A DNA stretch of 64,000 nucleotides from Planctomycetota bacterium (GTDB lineage: Bacteria; Planctomycetota; GCA-002687715; CAIWVZ01), in contig JBGANV010000003.1 of assembly GCA_044222185.1 (NCBI GenBank), forward strand, positions 608,001 to 672,000, read 5' to 3'. The position numbers and the translations under genes were made by a program. Below, in pieces: positions 41,277 through 50,828 of this stretch (positions are counted from its first letter, which is position 1; every line of letters begins with the position of its first letter). Under the pieces are notes generated by a model, which worked only from the letters and a program-made list of their open reading frames with translations, was not told the DNA's origin and did no database searches.

Positions 41277-42793
41277 CGGCGTTCTCCACTGTTCGTTGAA
41301 CCCGCAACGCTCGGACTGGTTGGGCGTTGAATCAACTGCCACAACGCGTCGACGAAAGGTTGGCACTGATTCAAGGATCGAGCGGGTGGCTCCGCATCAG
41401 TCCGTGATCCATCCGGCACGCCGCGCACCACACAAGGCGTCACGTCGAACACCCCGTTCCCACGCGATGATGCGGCGCCAAACGCAACGCGCTTGTCCAT
41501 GAGATCCCGGGCGAAGAGCGCGAGCAACCCGAACGCAGGCTCGGTGACGTCGTTGTCGCTACCGCGCGACGCAGCGACCTCGATGCGCACCTTGAAGTGC
41601 TGCCCCATCGCGAGTCTCGCGTTGAACTTCTTGCCGTCGGCAGCGCCGCCAGTGAAACGATCGATGGCAACGTAATCGATCGGGATTGCCCTCGAACGAG
41701 GCCCATCCAGCCGCGTCACGCATACCCGCACGCACGACGCGTAGTTCTCGTTCCCGAATACCCGGCAAGCGAAACACAGTTCCGCAGGCTGGGCATCTGG
41801 CAGCGTACGGCTGCACGCTCCGGCGCCCGTCGGGTCGCATGCCGCACTCTCGTTCAGCGTGCGTAGGATTCGTTCACAGTGAGATCGCAGCACGCCGCGG
41901 AAGCTGGTACCGGGCAGCTCTGGCCGATCCCCTCCCCGTGGGGCGGAGTCGTATCCGGTGCGCACCGATTCGGTCGGATCGTTGACAAGCAACGTCGTCT
42001 GATCGGTCGACTTGAGGGCGAACTCAATCGACGGCCACCGCGACGGTTGTTGCTCGTGGAACTCAACAGCTTGCGTCTCGGTCCACGCCGTGTCGGAGTC
42101 ATCTCCATGCAGGCACGCGGCGATCAGTGCATTTGCGTTGCGCGAGTTCCTCGCGCGCACGGTAATCAGCGTGGCTTCCACTCGCCCAAGCCCCTGCGCT
42201 GTTCGCGCGCCGATTCCGACTCCTCCTCTACCGATCTCGGCAAGCGCCTTCTTCAGCGTGTCTATTTCTTCAGCCGTCAGGTCTCTTCCTTCGACCACGA
42301 TCAGGAAACGGGCACCGGGAGCGACCTCCTCGTGACTGAACAAGCGATGGTCGGCGGCACTCCGTCGAGTCCGGTCGATCGACACGTTGTCGACCACACG
42401 AACCGACGGTTGTTCGATCTGGGCGTCGTGGAACGTGAGCTTCGAGCAGCGTGCTACGGCACGATTCGTGGCCGCGTTCGCGTCCCGCGTCACGGGACGC
42501 ACGTTCCCGAAGAGCTCGCAGCACTTGCACTGACAAGGCTCGGCGCTGCCTGGCGATGCACTACCGCCCGTTGCCAATACACACTTCGCCGTCGTGCCCG
42601 TCATGCTCTCCACCACGCCACGGAGAACGCCCGCCAAAGAACTCCCAGGAATCACGCACGTCCCGTCCAGTCGACGTCGAAACGCAATGTCGGAGGACTG
42701 CGATCCGCGCCCGTTGCTCGTGAGCAACGGCGTCGTCGTCGTGCACTCCATCTTGAAGCGGTGTTCGGTGATTCCGGTCGCCGACTCGGTCAT
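41273..42793 (-). CDS. cas7: Cas7-Cas7 fusion (two RAMP domains)
   Basis: IPGSSLAGVLR...CELFG...VSIDR...IGARTAQGLG and LPGTSFRGVLR...CRVFG...VAIDRFTGG...FGAASSRGNG. Confidence 0.9.
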   Translation of the reverse strand: MTESATGITEHRFKMECTTTTPLLTSNGRGSQSSDIAFRRRLDGTCVIPGSSLAGVLRGVVESMTGTTAKCVLATGGSASPGSAEPCQCKCCELFGNVRPVTRDANAATNRAVARCSKLTFHDAQIEQPSVRVVDNVSIDRTRRSAADHRLFSHEEVAPGARFLIVVEGRDLTAEEIDTLKKALAEIGRGGVGIGARTAQGLGRVEATLITVRARNSRNANALIAACLHGDDSDTAWTETQAVEFHEQQPSRWPSIEFALKSTDQTTLLVNDPTESVRTGYDSAPRGGDRPELPGTSFRGVLRSHCERILRTLNESAACDPTGAGACSRTLPDAQPAELCFACRVFGNENYASCVRVCVTRLDGPRSRAIPIDYVAIDRFTGGAADGKKFNARLAMGQHFKVRIEVAASRGSDNDVTEPAFGLLALFARDLMDKRVAFGAASSRGNGVFDVTPCVVRGVPDGSRTDAEPPARSLNQCQPFVDALWQLIQRPTSPSVAGSTNSGERR

Positions 42794-45120
42794 GACTTGT
42801 CTCCTCGAGCGAGATCAGATGCGGTCGCACGGAGACGTTCAGCGGCTTCCGCGTCCCCGCAGTTCCACCCTGAAATGGAGGCGAGCAGTTTGTCCAGCGG
42901 CCGTTGACGGTCCGCGCGTGGTTCTTTTCGGCCTTCGAGTGCCTCCGTGACGGTTTTGCGCCACGTCGCTCCCCGTTGCGCCGCCAGCAACAGAAGCCGC
43001 GCGAGTCCGCTCCGCTCCGAGGCAGTCATCTCATCAGTGAATGACTCGCCATCAGCCGTGGGATCACAACTCGCGCTGCGCGACGACACCTCCGCACATG
43101 CGGTGAACGCAGCACCCGGGATGAGCGTCGCAAAGCGAGGAGACGCTAACTGGCCATGACTGACGGCCTCCTGGCCGAGCAGATTCACGACGATGCGTCC
43201 GAAACCTTCGCCGCGACGGAATCCGATGCCGCGCTCTTCGGCTGTGACGAGTAACTTCGCAACGGCAGCCCTATCGGCATCCGGACTCAAGCGGAACTCG
43301 AACATTGAACCTGCAACAATCGCCACGTCGTCGGTGCGTGGAACGCGCGGGACGCCATTGAAGCCACTGATGGTGCGCGGCGAGCTGAAAGCTGAGTTAA
43401 TTGAGAACTGCGCGGGGCCCTTGCCGCCGATCAAACTCCAGAACTCGTCGGCGCTCAGTGTGGTGAGCGGTCGCAGCATGTCGTCGCATGCGATGAGATC
43501 GCTGTAGAGCGTTACGGTGAACGATTCCCCCTTGAGATCATCGGTCGTGATCGCTCGCGAAACGAGGCCCGGGTAGGGTGAGTCCGACGCGCTCGCAGCC
43601 TCGCTCGAAGGAGCAACCGCTGCATGCGACAGGAGCGTCAGTCGAAGCCCGCCGTGACCTCGCGAGATCGCGCGGCCCACGTGCGCCTCGAAGGACGTGC
43701 CTAACTGCATCTCGATGAAATCGACGAGTTGGGCTGGCCCGTGCATATGGCCTGCGAACCACGTCCCACGTTCGATCACCTCTGTTGCATAAAGCTCGCC
43801 GTCCTTGCCGCGTTGGGTATCGGAGTCGATGGCGGTGCGTTGGATGATTCGCATCGACGGAGTGCACGCGCTGATCTCCTGACCTCCGAAGGTCCCGTTG
43901 AGTAGAGACGCAAATCCTGAAAGCGGTTGGAGCGTCTCGCCACAAAGACACGGTACCTGTGTCTCGCGCTCGCCTGGCGCGTCCGAGACGTCAGGCGCCC
44001 ACCCGCACGTGTCGTGGCCGGTCCGGAGATCTGTCACGCCGTGAGGCACATTGACCGCCCCGGGGTTCCGCCCGACACCGGGGTACAGCTTGCATGTGTG
44101 AAGATGCTGCGGCATCGGGAACGGCGCGGACTGCTCGACCTCGGGATGCGAAAGCGGGTAGAGGGGCCCAAACACGACGGCTTCGCGTGCGAAGACGGAC
44201 TCGAACTCAGATCCTGCGTCCGTGCCAACTCCCTTCGCGAGGAGTCGGGCGGCGATCGCGCCGCGCACGGATGTTCCCGGCACGTACGCAAGGCTATGAA
44301 CAACGTGTCCGGCCTCGGGTGAGCCGGCGACGGCGAGATTGGACACTGCGAACGCGACAACCACGCGGGACGTCCAGGCTGCGGGCGTCGCTGCCGCTGT
44401 ACCCGCCTGGGACGCCGCCTCGGGTACGGTTCGGCTGCGCGCGTCGTTGGCATCGCTGGTCGTTTCCGGTACGTCTCCCGGCTGCTGCAGCACCGCGCTC
44501 AGTGCACGCTCGAACTCGCCGTGGCGGACCACTATCGGCGTGCCGTTGGGTGCAGGCACCTGAAGGCCCTTGAATGGGCCCTCCACAACCCTGACGGTCA
44601 CCTTTGCCTGTCCCTTGCCGCGGCGGCGTTGCCCTCCGATCGCGCGGATGCGCCGCAGCGCAAGGATCAGCAGCGCGACCGCAACGTCCGAAAGAGGCTG
44701 ACGCGAGGTAAGCCGACATCGGAATTGTCCGGTCTCCGCGTCCTCGAAATGGAACAGGTGCCCCTTGAGCGCCCGGCCGGTGATCCGGTCGCGGCTGCTC
44801 CGCCCGGTGATCTGCGTGGTCCGCTTCGCCGGGACGCTTGCACGGATTGAACGAGCGTCGCGGAAGATGACGGCGCCGCTGCGGTCTCCGTTTCGCCCGC
44901 GGCTTCCGAAGATCTGCGTCACACGCGGATCAGCGTCGCCCTTCTCTGGGAACAACTCGGCCGCGGCAGCCCGTGCGAGGCCCTTGATCGTACTCGCCGG
45001 GATGACGGCAAGGCCGTCCTCGTCCTTGACGATCCCGGCATCGATTGTTCGGCCGACGCCGAATCCTGATCCGATGTGAAACTCCGCTTCCATCGTGATC
45101 GTCACTTCGAGATCGAGCAT
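42790..45120 (-). CDS. Cas7-Cas5(Csx10)-Cas11-like fusion
   Basis: HIGSG...IPASTIKG...IGGQRRRGKG (Cas7); YVPGTSVRGA...RTAID...GIGFRRGEGFG (Cas5/Csx10); short helical C-terminus (Cas11-like, weakest part of the call). Confidence 0.8.
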   Translation of the reverse strand: MLDLEVTITMEAEFHIGSGFGVGRTIDAGIVKDEDGLAVIPASTIKGLARAAAAELFPEKGDADPRVTQIFGSRGRNGDRSGAVIFRDARSIRASVPAKRTTQITGRSSRDRITGRALKGHLFHFEDAETGQFRCRLTSRQPLSDVAVALLILALRRIRAIGGQRRRGKGQAKVTVRVVEGPFKGLQVPAPNGTPIVVRHGEFERALSAVLQQPGDVPETTSDANDARSRTVPEAASQAGTAAATPAAWTSRVVVAFAVSNLAVAGSPEAGHVVHSLAYVPGTSVRGAIAARLLAKGVGTDAGSEFESVFAREAVVFGPLYPLSHPEVEQSAPFPMPQHLHTCKLYPGVGRNPGAVNVPHGVTDLRTGHDTCGWAPDVSDAPGERETQVPCLCGETLQPLSGFASLLNGTFGGQEISACTPSMRIIQRTAIDSDTQRGKDGELYATEVIERGTWFAGHMHGPAQLVDFIEMQLGTSFEAHVGRAISRGHGGLRLTLLSHAAVAPSSEAASASDSPYPGLVSRAITTDDLKGESFTVTLYSDLIACDDMLRPLTTLSADEFWSLIGGKGPAQFSINSAFSSPRTISGFNGVPRVPRTDDVAIVAGSMFEFRLSPDADRAAVAKLLVTAEERGIGFRRGEGFGRIVVNLLGQEAVSHGQLASPRFATLIPGAAFTACAEVSSRSASCDPTADGESFTDEMTASERSGLARLLLLAAQRGATWRKTVTEALEGRKEPRADRQRPLDKLLASISGWNCGDAEAAERLRATASDLARGDKS

Positions 45121-45122
45121 CT

Positions 45123-46727
45123 TCAGACTCCCCAGAGGCGCTGCCCATCGCACAGGTCAGGTATGGCGGTCCACTTGGCCGATGGGACCTCGTCCGTCCA
45201 AGGGACGGCAGACGACGACGGCTCAGTCGGTGCGGACGGATCGCCGAGTGCTTTGAGGGCCGCGACCCACTGCGACTCCGCTGCAGCGAACCGTCTCAGC
45301 CGTGCACGCCACGCGGCATACGTTCTGTCCAATGTCGGCAGCAACGCCGAGAACGGGATCGCTAAGCCGGCTTCCGCTTCGATCCGCGCGACACTTCCCC
45401 ATTCGCGTGTCTCGTGCAACTTGCTCGCCGGAAAAGAGGCACCGAGTTCGCGACACGCGTCTCGGAATGCCCCGAGGCTCCGTGGCCCGGTGCCCTCTGC
45501 CTTGAATGGACGCCCCGTCAGGCGAATGGCATTGCGACCGTGCACCTTCTGCCGATCGCCAAGTACGACGCTCGCTTCAACGCCCGATTCGCTCACGATC
45601 GCGTAGTCGGCGGCACCGACGTTCCATTCGAGCCGCTTTCGCGTTGCCTTGGCCTCGCGGAGCAGGCGCGTCGCGAAGTCATACGCGATCCGGAACGGGA
45701 AATGGGGCCCGACGATCGCGATCCCGGAGGAGATCGTGAGTCCTTCGAGCGGGCTGCCGGGCTTGGAGTGCTTCGCCACGAACTCCTTTGTGAGTTCATG
45801 CACGAACGGGAGGCCGATCGAGCCTCGCGTCACGATGACGAGGTCGTCACCGGCGCAATAGATCGTTTCGGCTGGGAATTTCGCGAGATGCTTCGGCGGG
45901 TCCTCGCTGGAGAGTTTGTCGATGAGTTGTTTGACGACAGTTTCGACCGCGGACACGGCGCTGGCCTGAATTGCCGCCTGTAGGAGCTTCGAGAATTCCG
46001 ACACCTTGTCGAGGGGGGTGGCCGCGAGTTTCCTTCCTGCCCCGTCGACATCGGCGACGACGACTGCAAGCCCGAGCGGGTCATCGCCGGCGATCTCATC
46101 GAAGTCCTTGGCGCGGCGGACGTCCTCGTTCCAATCGATGGTGGCCGAGTTTCCCGCGGAAGCTTCTGGCGGCGCGAACACAACGCGCGTCCGACCGCTT
46201 CCCTTTTTCTCGCACAACGGTCCAAGCACCCGTTCAGCCGTCACTATTCCAGTCGGCGTCTTCACTGTCACGACTTCAAGGCCACAGCCGTCGCATCGCA
46301 TGGCCGTCGGGAAGTGCTGGCTGCCGACGTCGACCTGCCGTGCGCGGCGGAAGCGTTGCAATTCCTCGACCGCGGCCTCGCGGGCGCGCTCCGCACCGTT
46401 TGGGTCGGCAGCGACGATGCCGCTCACGACCAGCTTGTCCTCTCCGAGGTGCTTGGTTGCCTCGTGCCGAACGGTCGACACGAACTTCGCCGCGGTCGCC
46501 TCCAACTGGAACCCAAACAGTCCGGCGCCACCGGCGGCAAACACGACAAGGGCGTCTGTTCCAGCGTCGGCTGCGCATTTGCGCAGGATTCCGTCCGGAT
46601 CCTTGTCGAGCCCTTCGAGAAGCTGACTCGCTCCCGCAACCTCGCGCAGCTTGGTCGAACCAAGCAGGTACGCCTTGATGTGGTCGACATCAGTCGCGAC
46701 GAAGAACTTGGAGTTCGCCGGATTCAT
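45123..46727 (-). CDS. cas10: Cas10, short form without HD domain; palm motif AGDD
   Basis: DVDHIKAYLLGSTKLREVAGAS, AAGG, CDGC, ADVDGAG, IYCAGDDLV, TISSGI, AK; 534 aa. Confidence 0.9.
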   Translation of the reverse strand: MNPANSKFFVATDVDHIKAYLLGSTKLREVAGASQLLEGLDKDPDGILRKCAADAGTDALVVFAAGGAGLFGFQLEATAAKFVSTVRHEATKHLGEDKLVVSGIVAADPNGAERAREAAVEELQRFRRARQVDVGSQHFPTAMRCDGCGLEVVTVKTPTGIVTAERVLGPLCEKKGSGRTRVVFAPPEASAGNSATIDWNEDVRRAKDFDEIAGDDPLGLAVVVADVDGAGRKLAATPLDKVSEFSKLLQAAIQASAVSAVETVVKQLIDKLSSEDPPKHLAKFPAETIYCAGDDLVIVTRGSIGLPFVHELTKEFVAKHSKPGSPLEGLTISSGIAIVGPHFPFRIAYDFATRLLREAKATRKRLEWNVGAADYAIVSESGVEASVVLGDRQKVHGRNAIRLTGRPFKAEGTGPRSLGAFRDACRELGASFPASKLHETREWGSVARIEAEAGLAIPFSALLPTLDRTYAAWRARLRRFAAAESQWVAALKALGDPSAPTEPSSSAVPWTDEVPSAKWTAIPDLCDGQRLWGV

Positions 46728-48493
46728 GAGTGTCCACTCGCATCGAGGGTCAGGCGGAGTTGGTCCGGGAGACTGTCCATCGTCTTGAAATAGGGGTCAC
46801 GCTCTTTCCGTGAGAATCCGTTCGTCGTTTCCCACGCAAGGCCATCATCCGGCCACGGCGCCGGGGTCGCGACGCGGCGAGTGGCGACGAGGAGCGCATC
46901 GAGTGCGATTTTTGTCGCGGTTCGCGCGTCCGGAAGCGAGTCTCGATCGTCCGCCGACAACGACCCGCGCATGTGCACGATCTGATGACGAAACTGAACC
47001 CAGTCAGCCCTCGCGTTGATTTTCTTGAGTGGATTACAGTAGGCAACGAGCCCAGGCTTCAGCACGACCTTCAGGCTGATTGAACGGCGCCCGCTCCCAT
47101 GATCAAAGGTAAGGACCTGGTTAGGCTCGATAATCAGCGCCGACGGCTCCGTTGTCACATCGAAGCTCACGCGGCGTGGCGCTCCGTAAATGAGCTTGAT
47201 ACGCTCCGGAGTGTTCGCACCCAGACCGACCGCGAGCGCGGCGTCCAGTGTCTTACTGACAAGGCTTTGCTCGCCTTGCGTGTAAGGTGCCGATCCTTGC
47301 TCTTTCGGGGTAAGGCTTTGGACCTCGATTCCATCCTTGGCTGCGACCACCAAAAGCGCGCTGACCGCGAGTTCGAGAAACGCGGACCGACCAACGATCT
47401 CTTCATCGAAGCGATCGGTATCCTCGAGGCTCTTGAGGCGCCACCAGTCGTCGACCAGGAACTCCGTGACCGCTTCCGTATTCTTCACGAGGCTGTTCAT
47501 CCTCTCGCTTAGTTGGAGCGTCTTTGAATTCTGCGCCCAGTTCTTCAGTGAGGTATGACAGTCCGGCAGGTCGGAATAACGCTGCTCGGCGAACGCGCGA
47601 CAGTGGCCAATACTGGCCTGGGCGAGAGCGATTGCCGTCTTGTCGGCTTTCTCGAAGTAGTCGGCCAGTTTGCCATTCGATTGATCCACGAGCTCAGTGA
47701 CGAGCACCTCAGCCGCCGCGAAGTCGCGGCGCTCTACTGCGTTGCAGATGCGCTGCCGAGACTGCAACGACAGCGCCGCCTCCGGCATCACCTGCTCCCG
47801 GTAGCTGCACGTCCACGGCTTTGGGCGACGAAGCTTGGAATCGTACTCGCCGAAATCCAGGTAGTAGGACGGTATCCCGTAGTACATCGCGAACATCGAC
47901 GCGGCGCCGTGCATGGGCTTCTGGCCCCCTGTCACATCGATGGCGAGCGAACGAACGTCCGTCAGCTCGCGGGCCCACTTGAGTAGCCGGAGGAAGATCA
48001 ACGCCTGATCCGCGCCGTCTTTCACTTCAACTTGGTCGACGATGTTCGGCATTTTGAACACAGTCGAAAGCGCCGTCTCAACCGCCCGAAGCATCGTTCT
48101 CACACGTGAACATGCATCAGTCCACGACGGCCGTGTCCCGAACGGCACGACCTCAAGCGTCCCGCCGCTCTGCATGGCATGGACGGCGATCGAGAGCGCG
48201 AGCTGTTCTTCGCTGAAGCCGGTGCAGAGCACGAGTCGCCGCGGGACCGTGTGCTCCACCGTGCTCCGCCTGGAGTCCGTCCCGGCCGTCGTCGCGTATT
48301 CGATCGGCTTGCCCTGTTTCAGTCGGTCAGCGAGGACTGCTGCGGTGGCCGGAATGTGCTTCCCGCGTAGACCCTCCCACCGCTTTTGCGCCTCGTCAGG
48401 TAACAGCGAATTGCAGAATGCGTCCTTCCAGCACTTCTGAATCGCCTTCGCATCCTCATCGCCCATGCTCGCTCCACCTGTTTGCGACGCCAT
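46724..48493 (-). CDS. CARF-HEPN ancillary ribonuclease (Csm6/Csx1-like)
   Basis: LVLCTGFS and IDVTGGQKPM...SYYLD CARF motifs; C-terminal RHQIVH (RxxxxH); overlaps the cas10 start. Start uncertain (48493 or 48466). Confidence 0.8.
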   Translation of the reverse strand: MASQTGGASMGDEDAKAIQKCWKDAFCNSLLPDEAQKRWEGLRGKHIPATAAVLADRLKQGKPIEYATTAGTDSRRSTVEHTVPRRLVLCTGFSEEQLALSIAVHAMQSGGTLEVVPFGTRPSWTDACSRVRTMLRAVETALSTVFKMPNIVDQVEVKDGADQALIFLRLLKWARELTDVRSLAIDVTGGQKPMHGAASMFAMYYGIPSYYLDFGEYDSKLRRPKPWTCSYREQVMPEAALSLQSRQRICNAVERRDFAAAEVLVTELVDQSNGKLADYFEKADKTAIALAQASIGHCRAFAEQRYSDLPDCHTSLKNWAQNSKTLQLSERMNSLVKNTEAVTEFLVDDWWRLKSLEDTDRFDEEIVGRSAFLELAVSALLVVAAKDGIEVQSLTPKEQGSAPYTQGEQSLVSKTLDAALAVGLGANTPERIKLIYGAPRRVSFDVTTEPSALIIEPNQVLTFDHGSGRRSISLKVVLKPGLVAYCNPLKKINARADWVQFRHQIVHMRGSLSADDRDSLPDARTATKIALDALLVATRRVATPAPWPDDGLAWETTNGFSRKERDPYFKTMDSLPDQLRLTLDASGHS

Positions 48494-48637
48494 CTCGACC
48501 TCCTCCGCTGTCCGGCTCCAACCGCCACAGGGTTCGTATCCCCAGCGATAGTTCAGCCATGGATTCACCCGCGCCAACCGACTCCCCCTGCGGGCGACAT
48601 CGCCGCGGAGCTTAGGGTGGCCGGCCCGACCTGTCAA

Positions 48638-49639
48638 TCAGGGCGTCGCTCGGGTCACCTTCGGCACGTTCACCGCCACCTGGCCGATTTGCGTGGCTTG
48701 GATCGGAACGAGGAGGTCGACCACGAGAGGCAACGACTTCTCGACGACGGTCGGTGTGAGAATGAGGTTCACGATTTCGGCAGAGTCCTCGGCGTGAGCG
48801 CGGGCGAGGCCCCGGAGTTCGTTGGCAACGGAGCGAATGACGCGGGCACGGGCCGCGTGTCGATCGAACAACGCTGTGAAGTGCAAGATGCTGCTTTCCA
48901 ACGACTCCAGGCGAGCGCGATAGAGCTGATGGCGCGCCGGACTCTCCTCGCGATGGAGCGCCTTGGCGTCAGCCTCATGACGTTCGCGAAGCTGTGCGAG
49001 AACGACGCGGGCTCCGAGTTCTGCACTGCGATCGAACGCGACCGCGGCCCGCTCGAGACGAGTTGCGATTTCGTCGTGCAGCAGGCGGAGTCGTTGCTGA
49101 ACATCGTTCGCCACGATCCGCCGTTCGCGGAGCGCGCCTCCAAGTTGGGGGCCAAGGACCTTCAACGAACTGATCGAGGTTCCGACGGCTGCGGGCCAGA
49201 GATCCAATCGCTCCGCGCGGTCGACGATCGGTGACGCGCGCGCTTCGGAGGCATCGATAGGAGGGAGATCGAGGGCGAGCCATGAGGCGACCGCCGCTTC
49301 ATCGAGGGCCTTGACGATGTCGTCCTGCGGTGGCGGCGCGAGGACAGGAGCTGCCTTTGGCGCGGTCGGCAGGATGCCGCGCTGGCTGCCGCGTGCTGGA
49401 GGCGCCATACGGACGCCGCCCTGGGACTGCCCTCCGAGGGTGAGAACAACCCCCGACCGACCGTCGCCGCGAAGATTCGTGTCGATCAGGAACCCCTCCG
49501 GCGTCGACCGGAACGCTGGTGGGAGTGATGACGCCTGACGAGCGATGCCACCGCGCGAAACGTGATCCGCGACCGCGATGCAGCAAAGCGAGAAGACCAA
49601 CGGGAGGCATGTCGCAGCCCGAAACGCATTTTGAGTCAT
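48638..49639 (-). CDS. Hypothetical secreted coiled-coil protein
   Basis: Hydrophobic N-terminus CLPLVFSLCCIAVA and a long helical C-half; no family recognised; start uncertain. Confidence 0.5.
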   Translation of the reverse strand: MTQNAFRAATCLPLVFSLCCIAVADHVSRGGIARQASSLPPAFRSTPEGFLIDTNLRGDGRSGVVLTLGGQSQGGVRMAPPARGSQRGILPTAPKAAPVLAPPPQDDIVKALDEAAVASWLALDLPPIDASEARASPIVDRAERLDLWPAAVGTSISSLKVLGPQLGGALRERRIVANDVQQRLRLLHDEIATRLERAAVAFDRSAELGARVVLAQLRERHEADAKALHREESPARHQLYRARLESLESSILHFTALFDRHAARARVIRSVANELRGLARAHAEDSAEIVNLILTPTVVEKSLPLVVDLLVPIQATQIGQVAVNVPKVTRATP

Positions 49640-49777
49640 CGTAGGGATCTCCGCCTTGTTGAGCCCGTCTCGAGTCCAACCTGACACTTCGCTCGATCAG
49701 CCAAGTGTCAGGTTCCCGAATCCCGCCGACTTCTGGTTGCGATGGGCAATTTCACCCCGGACGAACGGAGACCACAC

Positions 49778-50474
49778 ATGCGATCCGGACTCTTCAGCGT
49801 GCTTGTTCCCTTCGGGTTCACAACCATCGCGCTCTTCGCGCCGGCGCCAGCACAAGAGTCACGCCCGGGGCCCGTCCGAATCCAGACGGGCGATCCGCGC
49901 GATGACGAGATGTACGACCGGACAGACCGGTTGATGAAGCAGCTCGAAACGACGCTCACCGACGTGAAGGGTGCGTCGGAAACCGTCGAGCGCAGCAAGC
50001 AGATCCTCGACGCACTCGCCGCGTGGGCGAAGGAGGGAGAAAATCAGAAGGCTGTCATCCACGCTTCGCAGTCGTTGTATGCCGAGCTCTACGGCGTGCT
50101 GTCATCCATGCAAGAGCGATCCGGTCGCGTGCTTGCCAGTCGCGCAGTCCTCATCGCGGACCTCCACGCCATGAAGGAGCGGACGGATCAAGGCTGCACG
50201 CGAGGCACTTCCAGCGAACGACGAGGATCGTCTCGAATACGAGCAACTGGAGTCGCGCGCCGCGGCCAACCTCGCGCGGGCCGAGACCTTGTTCGACGCA
50301 CTGAATGCCAAGCAGCATCGGATCAACGACGCGAAGTCGAAGGTGCTGCGACAAATCTCGAAACTGAACCTGATGATCGGCGTCCAGCTCAAATTCGAGG
50401 AGCTCCTGAAGAAGCTCGAGGATCTCAACCAGAAGATGGATGAAATCCTGCGGGCACTTCTGCCGGAAGCGTGA
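49778..50474 (+). pseudogene. Secreted coiled-coil protein with a frameshift
   Basis: Signal peptide and heptad pattern up to CGGACGGA at 50180-50187. Removing one CGGA joins it to the frame ending ...MDEILRALLPEA* at 50474. Confidence 0.7.
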
Positions 50475-50707
50475 GCCTCGTGACCCACCCGCTGAAACTC
50501 GGAATCGTGCTCCTCGCATTGGCCGGGGCCTGCAGTCCGCGGGCTTCGGAGCGGGAGCCCACGGTCGAGGAGGCGACCGCCGCCTTGCTCCGCAGGGCCC
50601 GCGGCGACCAATCGCCGGATCCGCTGCGCACGGTCCGGAGATTCCTGCGGACCGAAGGCCGCGACCTTCCGCCCTGCGAGGAGGCCAAGCCAGAGGGCGG
50701 GCGCTGA
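50471..50707 (+). CDS. Small putative lipoprotein
   Basis: KLGIVLLALAGAC lipobox; GTGA overlap with the upstream stop. Confidence 0.55.
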   Translation: MSLVTHPLKLGIVLLALAGACSPRASEREPTVEEATAALLRRARGDQSPDPLRTVRRFLRTEGRDLPPCEEAKPEGGR

Positions 50708-50828
50708 CCAGGCCCACTGGGGCCCCGGCCGAACGGGACCCCATTCGGCGTCGTGCGCGGCTCCCTTGACGCCCGTCGTTCGAAGGGCTTAGGCTCTCGT
50801 TCTGCGACCAGGGACGAATCCGAAGGCG

